From Bacteroidales bacterium (lineage in GTDB: Bacteria; Bacteroidota; Bacteroidia; Bacteroidales; WCHB1-69), in assembly GCA_017616775.1 (NCBI GenBank), contig JAFZXM010000015.1, forward strand, positions 26,495 to 90,494: a stretch of DNA of 64,000 bases, read 5' to 3'. Within the stretch, counting starts at the first letter, position 1; each line of letters begins with the position of its first letter. The notes beneath the pieces were generated by a model that saw only the letters and a program-made list of their open reading frames with translations, had not been told where the DNA came from and made no database searches. Positions 41,763 to 52,063 of the stretch are shown in pieces. Position numbers and translations under genes: made by a program.

Positions 41763-41836
41763 AGCCACTAGAGGGATTCGAACCCCCGACCCGCTGATTA
41801 CAAATCAGCTGCTCTGGCCAACTGAGCTACAGTGGC
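41763..41836 (-). tRNA. tRNA-Thr (anticodon TGT)
   Basis: The acceptor is GCCACTG/TAGTGGC and the anticodon stem-loop is CTGAT-TTGTAAT-CAG. Confidence 0.85.
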
Positions 41837-41873
41837 ATCGACCAAGCGAACTTTTAAGTGCTAAATCGGACTG

Positions 41874-41881
41874 CAAAGATA
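41874..41881 (-). promoter_or_regulatory. -7 promoter box (TATCTTTG on the minus strand) for the tRNA-tuf cluster
   Basis: Matches TAnnTTTG, 38 nt upstream of the first tRNA. Confidence 0.5.
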
Positions 41882-42208
41882 CAACAAATTTTAATACAAA
41901 TCACCACTTGAAAACTTTTTTTTTATTTTTTTTCAATAAATTGTCATTCAGTTTGTTATATTTTAGTGCTGCCGCCAAAAAAAGAAAAACACCCCGCTTT
42001 TTGCCCGTTTTGCACGGGATTCCCGCCCTTTATTTCCACCTTTTTTATTTCATTTTTTCCTTACAGGCTGCTTTTTTTTCGTCGGGCACACGAATATTCC
42101 GCCCCATCCGTTAGCCTTTGGCAATGCTTTTATTTGCATAAAGTTCCGAAAAGAAGTCCTACCCCCCCTTAAGTGCGGGCGGATAGGGAAATATTGGTAA
42201 AAAAATGT

Positions 42209-42216
42209 TACTTTTG
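42209..42216 (+). promoter_or_regulatory. -7 promoter box (TACTTTTG) for miaB
   Basis: Matches TAnnTTTG, 17 nt upstream of the ATG at 42233. Confidence 0.5.
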
Positions 42217-42232
42217 CAAAAAAAAACGGATA

Positions 42233-43534
42233 ATGGACAAACAAAAACTTTATATAGAAACATACGGATGCCAAATGAATTTTGCCGACAGCGAAATTGT
42301 GGCTTCCATACTTTCTCAGGAATACAGCCTCACCTCCAATGAAAAGGAAGCCGACCTGATATTGATCAACACCTGTTCCATACGTGATAACGCCGAACAA
42401 AGGGTATTGCACAGGCTCACCGAACTGATGTCTTTAAAAAAACAGCATAAAAACCTGCGCATAGGCATTATCGGCTGTATGGCCGAACGGCTCAAAGGCT
42501 CTTTAATAGACAATGAGAAAGTAGATATAGTGGCAGGGCCCGATGCATACAGAAGTTTACCCCAAATGCTCGGCGACAACACATATAATATTAATGTAAT
42601 ATTATCCGAAACGGAAACCTACGATGATATCTCTCCCGTCCGCTACGATACCAACGGCATATCCGCTTTTGTATCCATCATGCGGGGTTGCAACAATTTT
42701 TGTTCCTATTGCGTTGTCCCCTACACCCGCGGCAGGGAACGCAGCCGCAATCTTCAAACCATCATAGATGAATGCCGGCAATTAGCGGCCGAAGGATATA
42801 AAGAAGTTACACTATTGGGACAAAACGTCAACTCTTACCGATACGAAAACTACACTTTTCCCAAGTTGATGCAGGCGGTGGCCGAAATATCGCCTTTATT
42901 GAGGGTGCGTTTTGCCACTTCTCATCCTAAAGATCTTTCTGATGAATTGCTGGAAGTGATGTCCGCCTATCCCAACATATGCAAAAGCATACACCTTCCT
43001 GCCCAGTCGGGCAATAACAATGTGTTGGAACACATGAACAGAAAATATACAAGAGAATGGTATCTCAACAGAATAGCCGCCATTCGCCGATATATGCCCG
43101 ATTGTGCTATCAGCACCGATATTATTGCCGGCTTTTGCGACGAAAGCCTTAAAGAGCATCAAGATACGCTGTCGCTGATGCAAGAAGTGGGATATGAATA
43201 TGCTTTTATGTTCAAATACTCCATGAGAGAAGGCACTGCCGCCCATCGCCACATGGTTGACAACGTGCCTGAAAAGGAAAAGATTCGTCGTTTGGAAGAA
43301 ATCATCGCCTTACAACAGAATTTATCCCTGCAAAGCAACCAAAAAGACATAGGCAAAACATTTGAAGTATTGATAGAAGGTTGTTCCAAACGCTCCCAAG
43401 ACCAATTATTCGGACGTAACAGCCAAAATAAAGTAGTGATTTTCAACAAAGGCACCCATCAAAAAGGAGAATATGTACAAGTGCATATTACAGGCTGCTC
43501 CGCAGCCACACTTTTCGGTGAAGTAAAAGAATAG
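42233..43534 (+). CDS. miaB: tRNA-i6A37 methylthiotransferase MiaB
   Basis: Has the UPF0004 N-terminus (YIETYGCQMN), the radical-SAM CNNFCSYC motif and a TRAM C-terminus. The ATG at 42233 is preferred over the upstream GTG. Confidence 0.92.
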   Translation: MDKQKLYIETYGCQMNFADSEIVASILSQEYSLTSNEKEADLILINTCSIRDNAEQRVLHRLTELMSLKKQHKNLRIGIIGCMAERLKGSLIDNEKVDIVAGPDAYRSLPQMLGDNTYNINVILSETETYDDISPVRYDTNGISAFVSIMRGCNNFCSYCVVPYTRGRERSRNLQTIIDECRQLAAEGYKEVTLLGQNVNSYRYENYTFPKLMQAVAEISPLLRVRFATSHPKDLSDELLEVMSAYPNICKSIHLPAQSGNNNVLEHMNRKYTREWYLNRIAAIRRYMPDCAISTDIIAGFCDESLKEHQDTLSLMQEVGYEYAFMFKYSMREGTAAHRHMVDNVPEKEKIRRLEEIIALQQNLSLQSNQKDIGKTFEVLIEGCSKRSQDQLFGRNSQNKVVIFNKGTHQKGEYVQVHITGCSAATLFGEVKE

Positions 43535-43712
43535 ATGTACATCAATATTGCCTCCGGCAACAAAAGGCGCTCCGCCTGCTTCACCGCGCGCCTCAATATA
43601 ATTTTACCGTTCAGGAGAAATATTATCCGTAAACAATACCGCCTGCTTTCTGAGAATGCACCCTGTCACGGAATGAGCATTGCTGCGGCATTATTCTGTC
43701 CGGAAATTTTCA

Positions 43713-44930
43713 TTACTTCAGGCTTATGGCATCGGTAATGCGTACTTTTTTTGCCACAAAATAAGCCGGCAACACCAACACACACCAACTTATAAGCATC
43801 ACCCCTGCATTCACCGCCAAAACATGCACCCACTGCACATTGATAGGGACATAAGACATATAATAATTTTCGGGATTGAGGGTAACGATATGAAATGTAT
43901 GTTGCAACCAACACAAGAGCAATCCCACGGCATTGCCCCACAGCATGCCGCTGAACAACACTTTAAACGACACCCACATAAAAATATGCGATATGGAAGT
44001 ATTCCGGCACCCCATGGTTTTGAGTATGCCTATAGTAGGAATATGCTCCAGTGCAAACGTAAGTTGGGTGGATATAAGAGACACCGCCACTATCACTATA
44101 ATCAGCAATATCAGCACCACTACATTTTGTTCCACTAAATCTATCCAGTTAAACACTTCTTGCTGCTGCTCTTTGATACTCTCCGCTTTCATATCATAGT
44201 CCACCGCCAAATTCACTTTGTCGGTAGTGGATTCCAACAAAGAAAAATCTTTCACAAACACTTCCAATGCATCTATTCTGTTATCTGCCCATCCTTTGAG
44301 TTTGACAATTTGGCGGATATCGCACATGACATAGGTTTTGTCGTATATACTCAGTCCCGTATTGTATATACCCACTATTTCAAACTTACGCTCTCTGACG
44401 GGATTCTGCACAAAAAATGCATTTACCTTATCCCCCACCTGCAATCCTGTCCGCTTAGAAAAAGTTTCGGATACCAGCAATTCGTTGCTCACCGCGCTGT
44501 CATTCAATTGCAAACACCTTCCCTGCACTATTTGACGAAACAGAAAAGAAGTATCATAATCCGTTCCCACACCTTTAAAGGCCACCCCTTCCACATCCTG
44601 ATGTCCTTGAATAATACCGGCCATACAGGCTGTTGCCTGCAAATGCGATACATTGTCTTGTGCTAAAATCCGCCGGCGCAAATTTTCACTGTCCACAATG
44701 GGCACCTTTTGAAACGACTCATTATTATCATAATGAGACACCGCTATATGCGCCCCCAATCCTGTTATTTTGCTTTGCACCTCATTACGAAAACCCGCCG
44801 TTATGGCAAAAGTAAGAATAAGCACACACACGCCTAAAGCCACGCTTATTTTTGATACCTGTATTACCAAACGTGTGCGTTCTTTTCGCGTTTGAGCATA
44901 TAATCTACCGGCTATTGTATAAATATTCAA
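43713..44930 (-). CDS. FtsX-like ABC transporter permease (LolC/E-like)
   Basis: The 405-aa product has an N-terminal TM helix, a large periplasmic loop and three C-terminal TM helices, which is the FtsX-family layout. Confidence 0.75.
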   Translation of the reverse strand: MNIYTIAGRLYAQTRKERTRLVIQVSKISVALGVCVLILTFAITAGFRNEVQSKITGLGAHIAVSHYDNNESFQKVPIVDSENLRRRILAQDNVSHLQATACMAGIIQGHQDVEGVAFKGVGTDYDTSFLFRQIVQGRCLQLNDSAVSNELLVSETFSKRTGLQVGDKVNAFFVQNPVRERKFEIVGIYNTGLSIYDKTYVMCDIRQIVKLKGWADNRIDALEVFVKDFSLLESTTDKVNLAVDYDMKAESIKEQQQEVFNWIDLVEQNVVVLILLIIVIVAVSLISTQLTFALEHIPTIGILKTMGCRNTSISHIFMWVSFKVLFSGMLWGNAVGLLLCWLQHTFHIVTLNPENYYMSYVPINVQWVHVLAVNAGVMLISWCVLVLPAYFVAKKVRITDAISLK

Positions 44931-44937
44931 ACAAATA

Positions 44938-45555
44938 TTATTTTAAAAACACCACTATACCGGCCCTGGTGACAAAATCACTTAAAACATTGTCGGGGAA
45001 TTGCTTGTCGCTGATATTATAAAACAAGAGAATATAATAAGCCATACGCCCCGCTGTCTGATAAAAGCCGCCTCCTAACAATATATTGTGCGAATATGTT
45101 CTATCGTCTTCCCCGTATAATTTATAATTCAGCCATTGATATTCTGCATGAAGTGCTATATAGTTAAAAAAGTGAGCTTCTACAAAACCTCTTGCCCCGA
45201 ACACATGTGAATTATATTCCATGTTGGTGGTTCTATAATGGGAAAACATATAGGTACCGCCGATACCCAGACACACCCACTTGTTGAAATGATAGGTTAT
45301 TTCCGGTGACAACTCTATATTGGTATAACTGCCCACCTGCAGCCCCAACGTGCCGCCGACACCTATACGGCTCAATATTTTATCCCGTTTTTCATTTTGC
45401 AGTGCGCTTGCTTGTTCTTCAGCATATGCCGTATCGTTAGCAACCTGAAAATACTGCACCTGCACGTTATCGTTTTGTGCGTGTATATTATGCATGCATA
45501 CGCACAACAACAATACCAGCAACGGTTTGACACTTCTTACTCTCATGAGCTTCAT
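44938..45555 (-). CDS. Hypothetical small secreted protein, probably beta-rich and outer-membrane
   Basis: Has a signal peptide ending ...NIHAQ and an alternating aromatic/Gly-rich composition. It lies 7 nt upstream of the permease gene. Confidence 0.5.
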   Translation of the reverse strand: MKLMRVRSVKPLLVLLLCVCMHNIHAQNDNVQVQYFQVANDTAYAEEQASALQNEKRDKILSRIGVGGTLGLQVGSYTNIELSPEITYHFNKWVCLGIGGTYMFSHYRTTNMEYNSHVFGARGFVEAHFFNYIALHAEYQWLNYKLYGEDDRTYSHNILLGGGFYQTAGRMAYYILLFYNISDKQFPDNVLSDFVTRAGIVVFLK

Positions 45556-45572
45556 GCAATAGCAGACTTTGT

Positions 45573-46772
45573 TTATTGTTCTATGGGCAAAGCCTGGTCT
45601 ATCTGTTCATTCCAGGGAAGCCCGTATTGATTCAATTTTTCCATAAACGGGTCCGGATCAAACTCTTCCACATTTTTCACTCCCACGCCATTCCATTTTC
45701 CGGTAAGCACCATCATGGCACCTATCATAGCGGGAACGCCTGTGGTATAAGATACGGCTTGTGCTCCGCATTCTTGGAACACTTTGGCATGATCACAATT
45801 ATTCCATACGTAATAGGTTCTGTCTTTGCCGTCTTTTATACCCCTGATTTGACAACCTATGGATGTTTCTCCTTTATATCCGGCACCCAAAGTGGAGGGC
45901 TCAGGCAACACAGCCTTCAAAAATTGAAGAGGCACTATTTCTTTTCCTTCATAATTGATGGGCTTGATGCTTGTCATGCCCACTTCTTGCAACACATTTA
46001 ACACATTCAGATATTTTGGCCCGAATGTCATCCAAAAACGTGCCCTTTTAAGCGTGGGATAATTTTTGGTGAGCGATTCCAATTCCTCATGATACATCAA
46101 ATACGACTCCCTTTCGCCTATGTTAGGATATTTTACGCCTTTGTGTATTTCCATAGGAAGGGTCTCTATCCATTGGCCGTCTTGATAATATCTGCCTTTT
46201 TGGGTGATTTCCCTGATATTAATTTCCGGATTAAAATTGGTGGCAAATGCCTTTCCGTGATCTCCGGCATTGCAATCCACAATATCCAAATAATGCATTT
46301 CATCAAAATAGTGTTTGGCGGCATATGCCGTATATACTCCCGATACACCGGGGTCAAAACCGCAACCCAACACAGCCAATATTCCCGCATCTTGATATCT
46401 CTGCCGGAAGGCCCATTGCCAACTGTATTCAAATTTGGCAACGTCCCGGGGCTCATAATTGGCGGTGTCCAAATAATTGACTTTGGTACGCAAACAGGCT
46501 TCCATTAATGTCAAATCCTGATACGGAAGCGCCACATTAATAAGCAAATCCGGTTTAAAACCCTGAATTAACGCAACCACCTCTTCTACATTATCCGCAT
46601 CCACTTGCGCCGTTTGAATACGATTGCCCCCTATGGTTTGCGCTATTTTGTCACATTTGGCTTTTCTTCTGCTTGCCAACATAATATCGGTAAAAACTTC
46701 CGGAACTGATGCGCATTTAAACGCAACTACGGCACCTACTCCTCCGGCACCTATAATTAATACTCTTGACAT
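45573..46772 (-). CDS. Saccharopine dehydrogenase family protein (carboxynorspermidine dehydrogenase-like)
   Basis: MSRVLIIGAGGVGAVVA is a Rossmann start. The ATG at 46772 is preferred because a -7 box lies at 46797-46804, inside the longer ORF. Confidence 0.7.
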   Translation of the reverse strand: MSRVLIIGAGGVGAVVAFKCASVPEVFTDIMLASRRKAKCDKIAQTIGGNRIQTAQVDADNVEEVVALIQGFKPDLLINVALPYQDLTLMEACLRTKVNYLDTANYEPRDVAKFEYSWQWAFRQRYQDAGILAVLGCGFDPGVSGVYTAYAAKHYFDEMHYLDIVDCNAGDHGKAFATNFNPEINIREITQKGRYYQDGQWIETLPMEIHKGVKYPNIGERESYLMYHEELESLTKNYPTLKRARFWMTFGPKYLNVLNVLQEVGMTSIKPINYEGKEIVPLQFLKAVLPEPSTLGAGYKGETSIGCQIRGIKDGKDRTYYVWNNCDHAKVFQECGAQAVSYTTGVPAMIGAMMVLTGKWNGVGVKNVEEFDPDPFMEKLNQYGLPWNEQIDQALPIEQ

Positions 46773-46796
46773 ATTGTTTTTTTTTGTATTTTTGTG

Positions 46797-46804
46797 CAAA
46801 ATTA
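46797..46804 (-). promoter_or_regulatory. -7 promoter box (TAATTTTG on the minus strand)
   Basis: Matches TAnnTTTG, 25 nt upstream of the ATG at 46772. Confidence 0.45.
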
Positions 46805-47006
46805 TATTTTTTTTCATTGAGATATTCAATTCAGTTTAAAAAAATATACATAGTATTGAAAATCAGTTTGATAAACCGATACAAAGCCGACTTATTGCTG
46901 CATTTTTACTATTCAACAAACGTGGAATAAACAAAAAAAACTTCCAAATATACACAGGAAACTGACCATAAGCAAAAAACAGAAACGAACATATATATTT
47001 TTATTA

Positions 47007-47705
47007 ATGGAATATAATACACAAAACAACAAAATCATCAATGGAGAATATGGACGTCATATTCAAAAAATGATAGAATACGCCATGGGCATAAAAAACC
47101 GGGATTTGCGTAACGAACAAGCCAAAAGTATAGTACGCATTATGGCCAATTTGGTAGGCGGGCCTAAAGACTCGGAAGATTTTTGGCATAAACTATGGGA
47201 TCAATTGTTTGTTATATCTGATTTTCAATTAGATGTAGATACTCCTTTTGAAAAACCCACCCCCACTGCCGCCAACAAGCCCAAGCATTTATCCTATCCC
47301 AAGCATTCCATACAATTTCGTCCCTATGGTCATTTGATGGAAGAAATTATCCGCAAGGTGGCCAAAGAAGAAGCCGGTGAGGATCATGACCAATTGGTGA
47401 AAAATATAGCATACCACCTCAAAAAACAATATTTGCTTTGGAACAGGGATTCGGTAAACGACAAATTAATCATAGAACATTTAAACACGCTTTCCGACGG
47501 TGCCATACAATTGGACGAGGACTTTCATTTTCCCTCCACCAAAGAGATGTTGCAAGACACCGTACAAAATACGGAAAAGCCAGGAAGTGCAAAAAAAACT
47601 GCCGCTCCGGCCGCTCCCGCTAACGGCACCGGCAAAAAGAAAAAGAAGAAAAAAAATGCCGCGGCAGCCGCAGCACAAAATCCCAATTTCAATAAAAACA
47701 TATAA
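47007..47705 (+). CDS. DUF4290-like protein with a Lys-rich C-terminal tail
   Basis: The N-terminus (..INGEYGRHIQKMIEYA..I.NR..RN.QA..IV.IM) resembles Bacteroidota DUF4290, recalled from memory. The tail reads GTGKKKKKKKNAAAAAAQ. Confidence 0.6.
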   Translation: MEYNTQNNKIINGEYGRHIQKMIEYAMGIKNRDLRNEQAKSIVRIMANLVGGPKDSEDFWHKLWDQLFVISDFQLDVDTPFEKPTPTAANKPKHLSYPKHSIQFRPYGHLMEEIIRKVAKEEAGEDHDQLVKNIAYHLKKQYLLWNRDSVNDKLIIEHLNTLSDGAIQLDEDFHFPSTKEMLQDTVQNTEKPGSAKKTAAPAAPANGTGKKKKKKKNAAAAAAQNPNFNKNI

Positions 47706-47717
47706 TTCTTTCAGAAT

Positions 47718-48662
47718 ATGGAATATAATACCAAATGCTTGATAATAGGTTCCGGTCCTGCCGGATACACCGCCGCCATATACGCCTCCAGAGCCGATAT
47801 GCATCCTTTGCTATACGAAGGCATACAAGTAGGAGGTCAGCTCACCATCACCACCGAAGTGGAAAATTTTCCCGGATATCCGCAAGGAATACACGGCGTG
47901 GCCATGATGGAAGATATCCGTCAACAAGCATTACGCTTCGGCACCCAAATGCGTAACGGAGAAATAGTGAAAGTGGATTTTTCCCAACGGCCTTTTATAT
48001 GCACCGATGACAATAACGATATCATATATGCCGATACCGTGATTATTGCCACAGGGGCATCTGCCCGCTGGTTGGGACTGGAATCCGAAAAAAAATTCAA
48101 CGGCTATGGCGTTTCCGCATGTGCCACCTGTGACGGATATTTCTACAAAGACAAAGATGTAGCCGTAATAGGCGGCGGAGATACGGCAACGGAAGAGGCC
48201 TCTTATTTGGCAAAATTGTGCCGTAAAGTATATCTGGTACATCGCCGTGATGAATTGCGTGCCAGCAAAGCCATGCAACAAAGAGTGTTTAACACCCCTA
48301 ACATTGAAATGGTATGGAACAGCATTCCGATAGAAATTACCGGTGAGGAAAACAAATTCAACAAATCGGTTACGGGTTTGAAAATACAAAACACACGAAC
48401 ATCCGCCATCAGCACCCTTAACGTGGACGGTGTTTTCATAGCAATAGGGCATCACCCCAATACCGAAGTATTTCAGGGACAATTGGAATTGGATAATGAA
48501 GGATATATCATTACCCGTCCGGGCAGTTCGCACACCAATATACCGGGTGTATTTGCTGCAGGTGATGTTCAGGACAAACAATACAAGCAAGCCATTACCG
48601 CTGCCGCAGGTGGCTGCAAAGCCGCTATCGATGCCGAACATTTTTTACAAGAAAACGCATAA
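47718..48662 (+). CDS. trxB: Thioredoxin-disulfide reductase
   Basis: Contains GSGPAGYTAAIYA, the redox-active CATCDG and GGGDTA(T)EEA motifs and is 314 aa. Confidence 0.95.
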   Translation: MEYNTKCLIIGSGPAGYTAAIYASRADMHPLLYEGIQVGGQLTITTEVENFPGYPQGIHGVAMMEDIRQQALRFGTQMRNGEIVKVDFSQRPFICTDDNNDIIYADTVIIATGASARWLGLESEKKFNGYGVSACATCDGYFYKDKDVAVIGGGDTATEEASYLAKLCRKVYLVHRRDELRASKAMQQRVFNTPNIEMVWNSIPIEITGEENKFNKSVTGLKIQNTRTSAISTLNVDGVFIAIGHHPNTEVFQGQLELDNEGYIITRPGSSHTNIPGVFAAGDVQDKQYKQAITAAAGGCKAAIDAEHFLQENA

Positions 48663-48668
48663 CAGCGT

Positions 48669-49874
48669 ATGAAACCTTTTGAAAAACAGGCTGTCACTGC
48701 CGACAACGCTTTATGGGAAAATTGTAATGCAAGGTTAGAGCCCATAGACCGTCGCCAAAATGAAATACGCAGCAATTTTTGGAGAGATTACAATCGTATT
48801 CTGCACTCCAAAGCTTACCGCCGCTTAAAACACAAAACCCAAGTGTTTCACGCCACCCAAAACGATCATGTATGCACCCGCATAGAACATGTGCAACACG
48901 TGTGTTCTGTCAGCTATAGCATCGCCCAACAATTAGGACTCAACACCGAATTGGCTTTGGCCATAGGCATAGGTCACGATATAGGGCATGCCCCTTTTGG
49001 CCATGACGGGGAAAAAATACTCAACCAATTAGCCGAACAACATTATCAAGGACACTTTTGGCACGAAGGCAACGGATTATTTTTCGCCGATAAAATTGAA
49101 ATGCTCCAAAATGAAAACGGAACAAACACCCGTCTCAACCTCACTTATGCCGTTAGAGACGGCATTATTTCCCATTGCGGAGAAGTGGACCAAAACAGCT
49201 TGTACCCCCGTAATGAATATATCGACCTTTATTCCATTACCCGGCCTAATCAATACCCGCCTTATACTTGGGAAGCCTGTATTGTAAAAATTGCCGACAA
49301 AATTTCCTATCTGGGCAGAGATTTGGAAGATGCACAACGCTTGAAAATATTAGGAAAAATACAACTGGAAGAATTAAATGACATCCGCCGGCGATATTAC
49401 AGTCATTTATTGCCCAGTGCCAGCAACACCGCTCTTATACACAATTTTGCCATAGACTTATGCCAAAACAGCACCCCTCAAAAAGGAATATGCTTCTCCG
49501 AAGAATGTTTTCAAACCATTAACGCCATCAAAGAATTCAATTACCGGCATATCTACTCGCATCCGCGATTGGCTTACTATAGACAATATGCCGGCATGAT
49601 TATCACCTCCGTTTTTCATCTGTTGAACCATCTGTATAAAAACGGTACTCCTGAACAAGGTATTAGAGAAAACGAAGCGTGCTTCCCGAAATTAATCCGC
49701 TCCTTTCATAAATGGCTTGACGATTATACCGATTACAACGCAAACAATAACAATATCATATATTCTGTTTTAGACAATCAAAGCGAATATCAGAAATCCA
49801 TCATAGGCTTTATTTCGTCTATGAGTGATTACTTCGCCATAGAAATTCACCACGAACTCATATCCTTTGAATAA
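48669..49874 (+). CDS. dGTPase-family HD-domain phosphohydrolase (dGTP triphosphohydrolase-like)
   Basis: Contains R..F.RDY.RI.HS.A+RRL..KTQVF......DH..TR..H...V and HDIGHAPFGH. Confidence 0.75.
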   Translation: MKPFEKQAVTADNALWENCNARLEPIDRRQNEIRSNFWRDYNRILHSKAYRRLKHKTQVFHATQNDHVCTRIEHVQHVCSVSYSIAQQLGLNTELALAIGIGHDIGHAPFGHDGEKILNQLAEQHYQGHFWHEGNGLFFADKIEMLQNENGTNTRLNLTYAVRDGIISHCGEVDQNSLYPRNEYIDLYSITRPNQYPPYTWEACIVKIADKISYLGRDLEDAQRLKILGKIQLEELNDIRRRYYSHLLPSASNTALIHNFAIDLCQNSTPQKGICFSEECFQTINAIKEFNYRHIYSHPRLAYYRQYAGMIITSVFHLLNHLYKNGTPEQGIRENEACFPKLIRSFHKWLDDYTDYNANNNNIIYSVLDNQSEYQKSIIGFISSMSDYFAIEIHHELISFE

Positions 49875-49900
49875 ATGTGTCAATATCAAAAACAAACAAG

Positions 49901-51928
49901 ATGAATAAAAAAAATGTATGGATGGGAATAGCCCTCCTTTTAACGATTGGTACCATGAATGCACAAACAAAAACCTATACACCGGAATTATTATGGCAAT
50001 TAGGCCGATTATCGGGTCTCACCCTTTCTCCCGACCAAAAAACGCTGCTTTTCGGCATTACCCGATATAATGTGGAAGCGAACAAAGGCAACCGGGACCT
50101 CTACACCATGAATGCCAACGGAGGAGAAATCAAACAAATCACCTTCACCGAAATAAGCGAATATGATGCCGTGTGGCGTCCTGACGGCAAAAAAATAGCC
50201 TTTCTGGCTCCCGACGAAGACGGTGACATGCAAATATTTGAAATCAACAGCGACGGAAGTGCAAAAACACAGATATCCCATATAAAAGGAGGCATTGAAG
50301 GCTTTAAATATGCCGACAACATGACCCGCATTCTCTATACCCGTCAGGTAAAAATGGAGCAAGACGTGGCGGATATCTATCCTGACCTTCCCAAAGCCAA
50401 TGCATTGATAGCCGAAGACCTTATGTACCGTCATTGGAATGACTGGACACACCATAGTTACAGTCATGTATTTGTAGCAGACTACCCTTCTATGCAAAAC
50501 AGCGTTGACATTATGGAAGGTGAACCCTATGCCTGCCCTATTCCCAATTACGGAGGAATGGAAGAGGTGAATTTCAGTCCTGACGGAGAAAACATAGTAT
50601 ATACCAGCAAAAAGAAAAAGGGCAAAGATTTTTCTCTCAGCACCAATTCCGATATATACCTTTACCATATCGCCTCCAAAACCACCCGAAACATATCTGC
50701 GCCCAATGCAGGCTATGACATTGACCCCCTATTCAGTCCCGACGGAAAATATTTGATATGGGCAAGCATGGCCACCGATGGCTTTGAATCGGATTTAAAA
50801 CGTATTTTTGCCTACGACATGGCAAAAGGCACCACTAAAAATATAGCACCGGAATTCGGTGAAAGCGCCTCCGATTTCGCTTTCAGCCAAAACGGGAAAA
50901 CATTGTATTTCATCAGTGTTACACAAGGCACACAACAAATATTTGCCCTTGACATGAACAAAGGCGGTATTCGGCAAATCACTACCGGACAGCACGATTA
51001 CACCTCCATCTGCGTAAGCGACAACTTATTGTACGGCACACGGGAATCTATGGAAGTTCCTGCTGACATCTACAGTATAGATTTGAAAAAAGGCACACAA
51101 AAACAATTGTCGTTTATCAATCAAGAATTACTCAAAGACGTAGCCGCCTCCAAAGTAATACCCCGCTGGATAGCCACCACCGACGGCAAACAAATGCTGG
51201 CATGGGTGATATTGCCACCCAATTTTGACAAAAACAAAAAATACCCCGCCATCCTTTTCTGCGAAGGAGGACCCCAATCCCCCGTGAGCCAGTTTTTCTC
51301 CTATCGCTGGAATTTTCAAATGATGGCTTCGGAAGGTTATGTGGTGATAGCACCTAACAGAAGAGGCCTGCCCGGATTCGGCAAAGAATGGAACGACCAA
51401 ATAAGTCTGGACTACGGTGGACAAAATATGAAAGACTATTTGTCTGCCATTGACGATTTGGCAAAAGAAGAATATATAGATGAAACCCGATTGGGATGCG
51501 TTGGCGCCAGCTACGGAGGCTTTTCCGTTTATTGGTTGGCAGGACACCACGAAGGCAGATTCAAAGCCTTTATAGCTCATTGCGGCATGTTTAATTTCAA
51601 AAGTTGGTACGCCACCACCGATGAACTTTTCTTTGCCAACCATGATATAGGCGGAGCCTTTTGGAACCAACCCGAACCTCATAGCTATGCTTTCTCCCCC
51701 AACAACTTTGTTGACAAATGGGATACACCTATCATGGTGATACACGGCGGCAACGATTTCCGTATTCCTTATACCGAAGGTTTGCAAGCCTACAATATAG
51801 CCCAAATAAAAGGAATACCCAGCAAACTGCTGTTTTTCCCCGATGAAACACATTTTGTGTTAAAACCGCAAAATGCCATTCTGTGGCAACGGGAGTTTAT
51901 GGGATGGCTCAGACAATGGCTGCAATAA
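49901..51928 (+). CDS. S9-family serine peptidase (beta-propeller plus prolyl-oligopeptidase catalytic domain)
   Basis: Has a signal peptide, PD40-like repeats (SPDG...), a GASYGG nucleophile elbow and a C-terminal D/H region (HGGNDFRIP...DETH). Confidence 0.85.
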   Translation: MNKKNVWMGIALLLTIGTMNAQTKTYTPELLWQLGRLSGLTLSPDQKTLLFGITRYNVEANKGNRDLYTMNANGGEIKQITFTEISEYDAVWRPDGKKIAFLAPDEDGDMQIFEINSDGSAKTQISHIKGGIEGFKYADNMTRILYTRQVKMEQDVADIYPDLPKANALIAEDLMYRHWNDWTHHSYSHVFVADYPSMQNSVDIMEGEPYACPIPNYGGMEEVNFSPDGENIVYTSKKKKGKDFSLSTNSDIYLYHIASKTTRNISAPNAGYDIDPLFSPDGKYLIWASMATDGFESDLKRIFAYDMAKGTTKNIAPEFGESASDFAFSQNGKTLYFISVTQGTQQIFALDMNKGGIRQITTGQHDYTSICVSDNLLYGTRESMEVPADIYSIDLKKGTQKQLSFINQELLKDVAASKVIPRWIATTDGKQMLAWVILPPNFDKNKKYPAILFCEGGPQSPVSQFFSYRWNFQMMASEGYVVIAPNRRGLPGFGKEWNDQISLDYGGQNMKDYLSAIDDLAKEEYIDETRLGCVGASYGGFSVYWLAGHHEGRFKAFIAHCGMFNFKSWYATTDELFFANHDIGGAFWNQPEPHSYAFSPNNFVDKWDTPIMVIHGGNDFRIPYTEGLQAYNIAQIKGIPSKLLFFPDETHFVLKPQNAILWQREFMGWLRQWLQ

Positions 51929-52063
51929 CATTTGCGCCCCAAAACAACAATACACCTGATAAAAACACCTTGTCATCCGCTTTTGATATCCGGCGCAATA
52001 AAACCAAAAATGCGGATGCTGTTTCTGTTTCCGGACAGGAATATATTTCCTGTTACGCATTTA

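Noticed and set aside
41578-42114. 178-aa plus-strand ORF (and the 74-aa ORF at 41517-41741) across the tRNA cluster
   Set aside because: It reads straight through the complements of three tRNA genes and the T-rich spacer, so it is an artefact of the absence of stop codons.
43535-43738. 67-aa plus-strand ORF starting at the miaB stop codon, within the miaB/permease convergent spacer
   Set aside because: It is highly basic with no recognisable motif and no promoter, and it overlaps the 3' end of the permease gene. It is probably non-coding. I also could not identify a convincing terminator hairpin in this spacer.
47007-47731. Identical 14-nt starts (ATGGAATATAATAC, encoding MEYNT) for the adjacent DUF4290-like gene and trxB
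   Set aside because: The identity stops after 14 nt and the proteins are unrelated. In AT-rich DNA this is most simply a coincidence, not a duplication or a recombination site.
47931-48641. 236-aa minus-strand ORF antisense to trxB
   Set aside because: It is a shadow ORF opposite a highly conserved gene, with an implausible composition.
48669-49874. The dGTPase-like HD protein as a possible anti-phage dNTP-depletion defence gene
   Set aside because: It sits 6 nt after trxB in a housekeeping run, with no mobile, defence or variable-region neighbours. This fits the conserved housekeeping dGTPase-like paralogue common in Bacteroidota.
50009-51853. Two long minus-strand ORFs (219 aa and 241 aa) antisense to the S9 peptidase gene
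   Set aside because: Both are nested opposite a CDS with clear catalytic motifs. There are no start context, promoter or recognisable domains.
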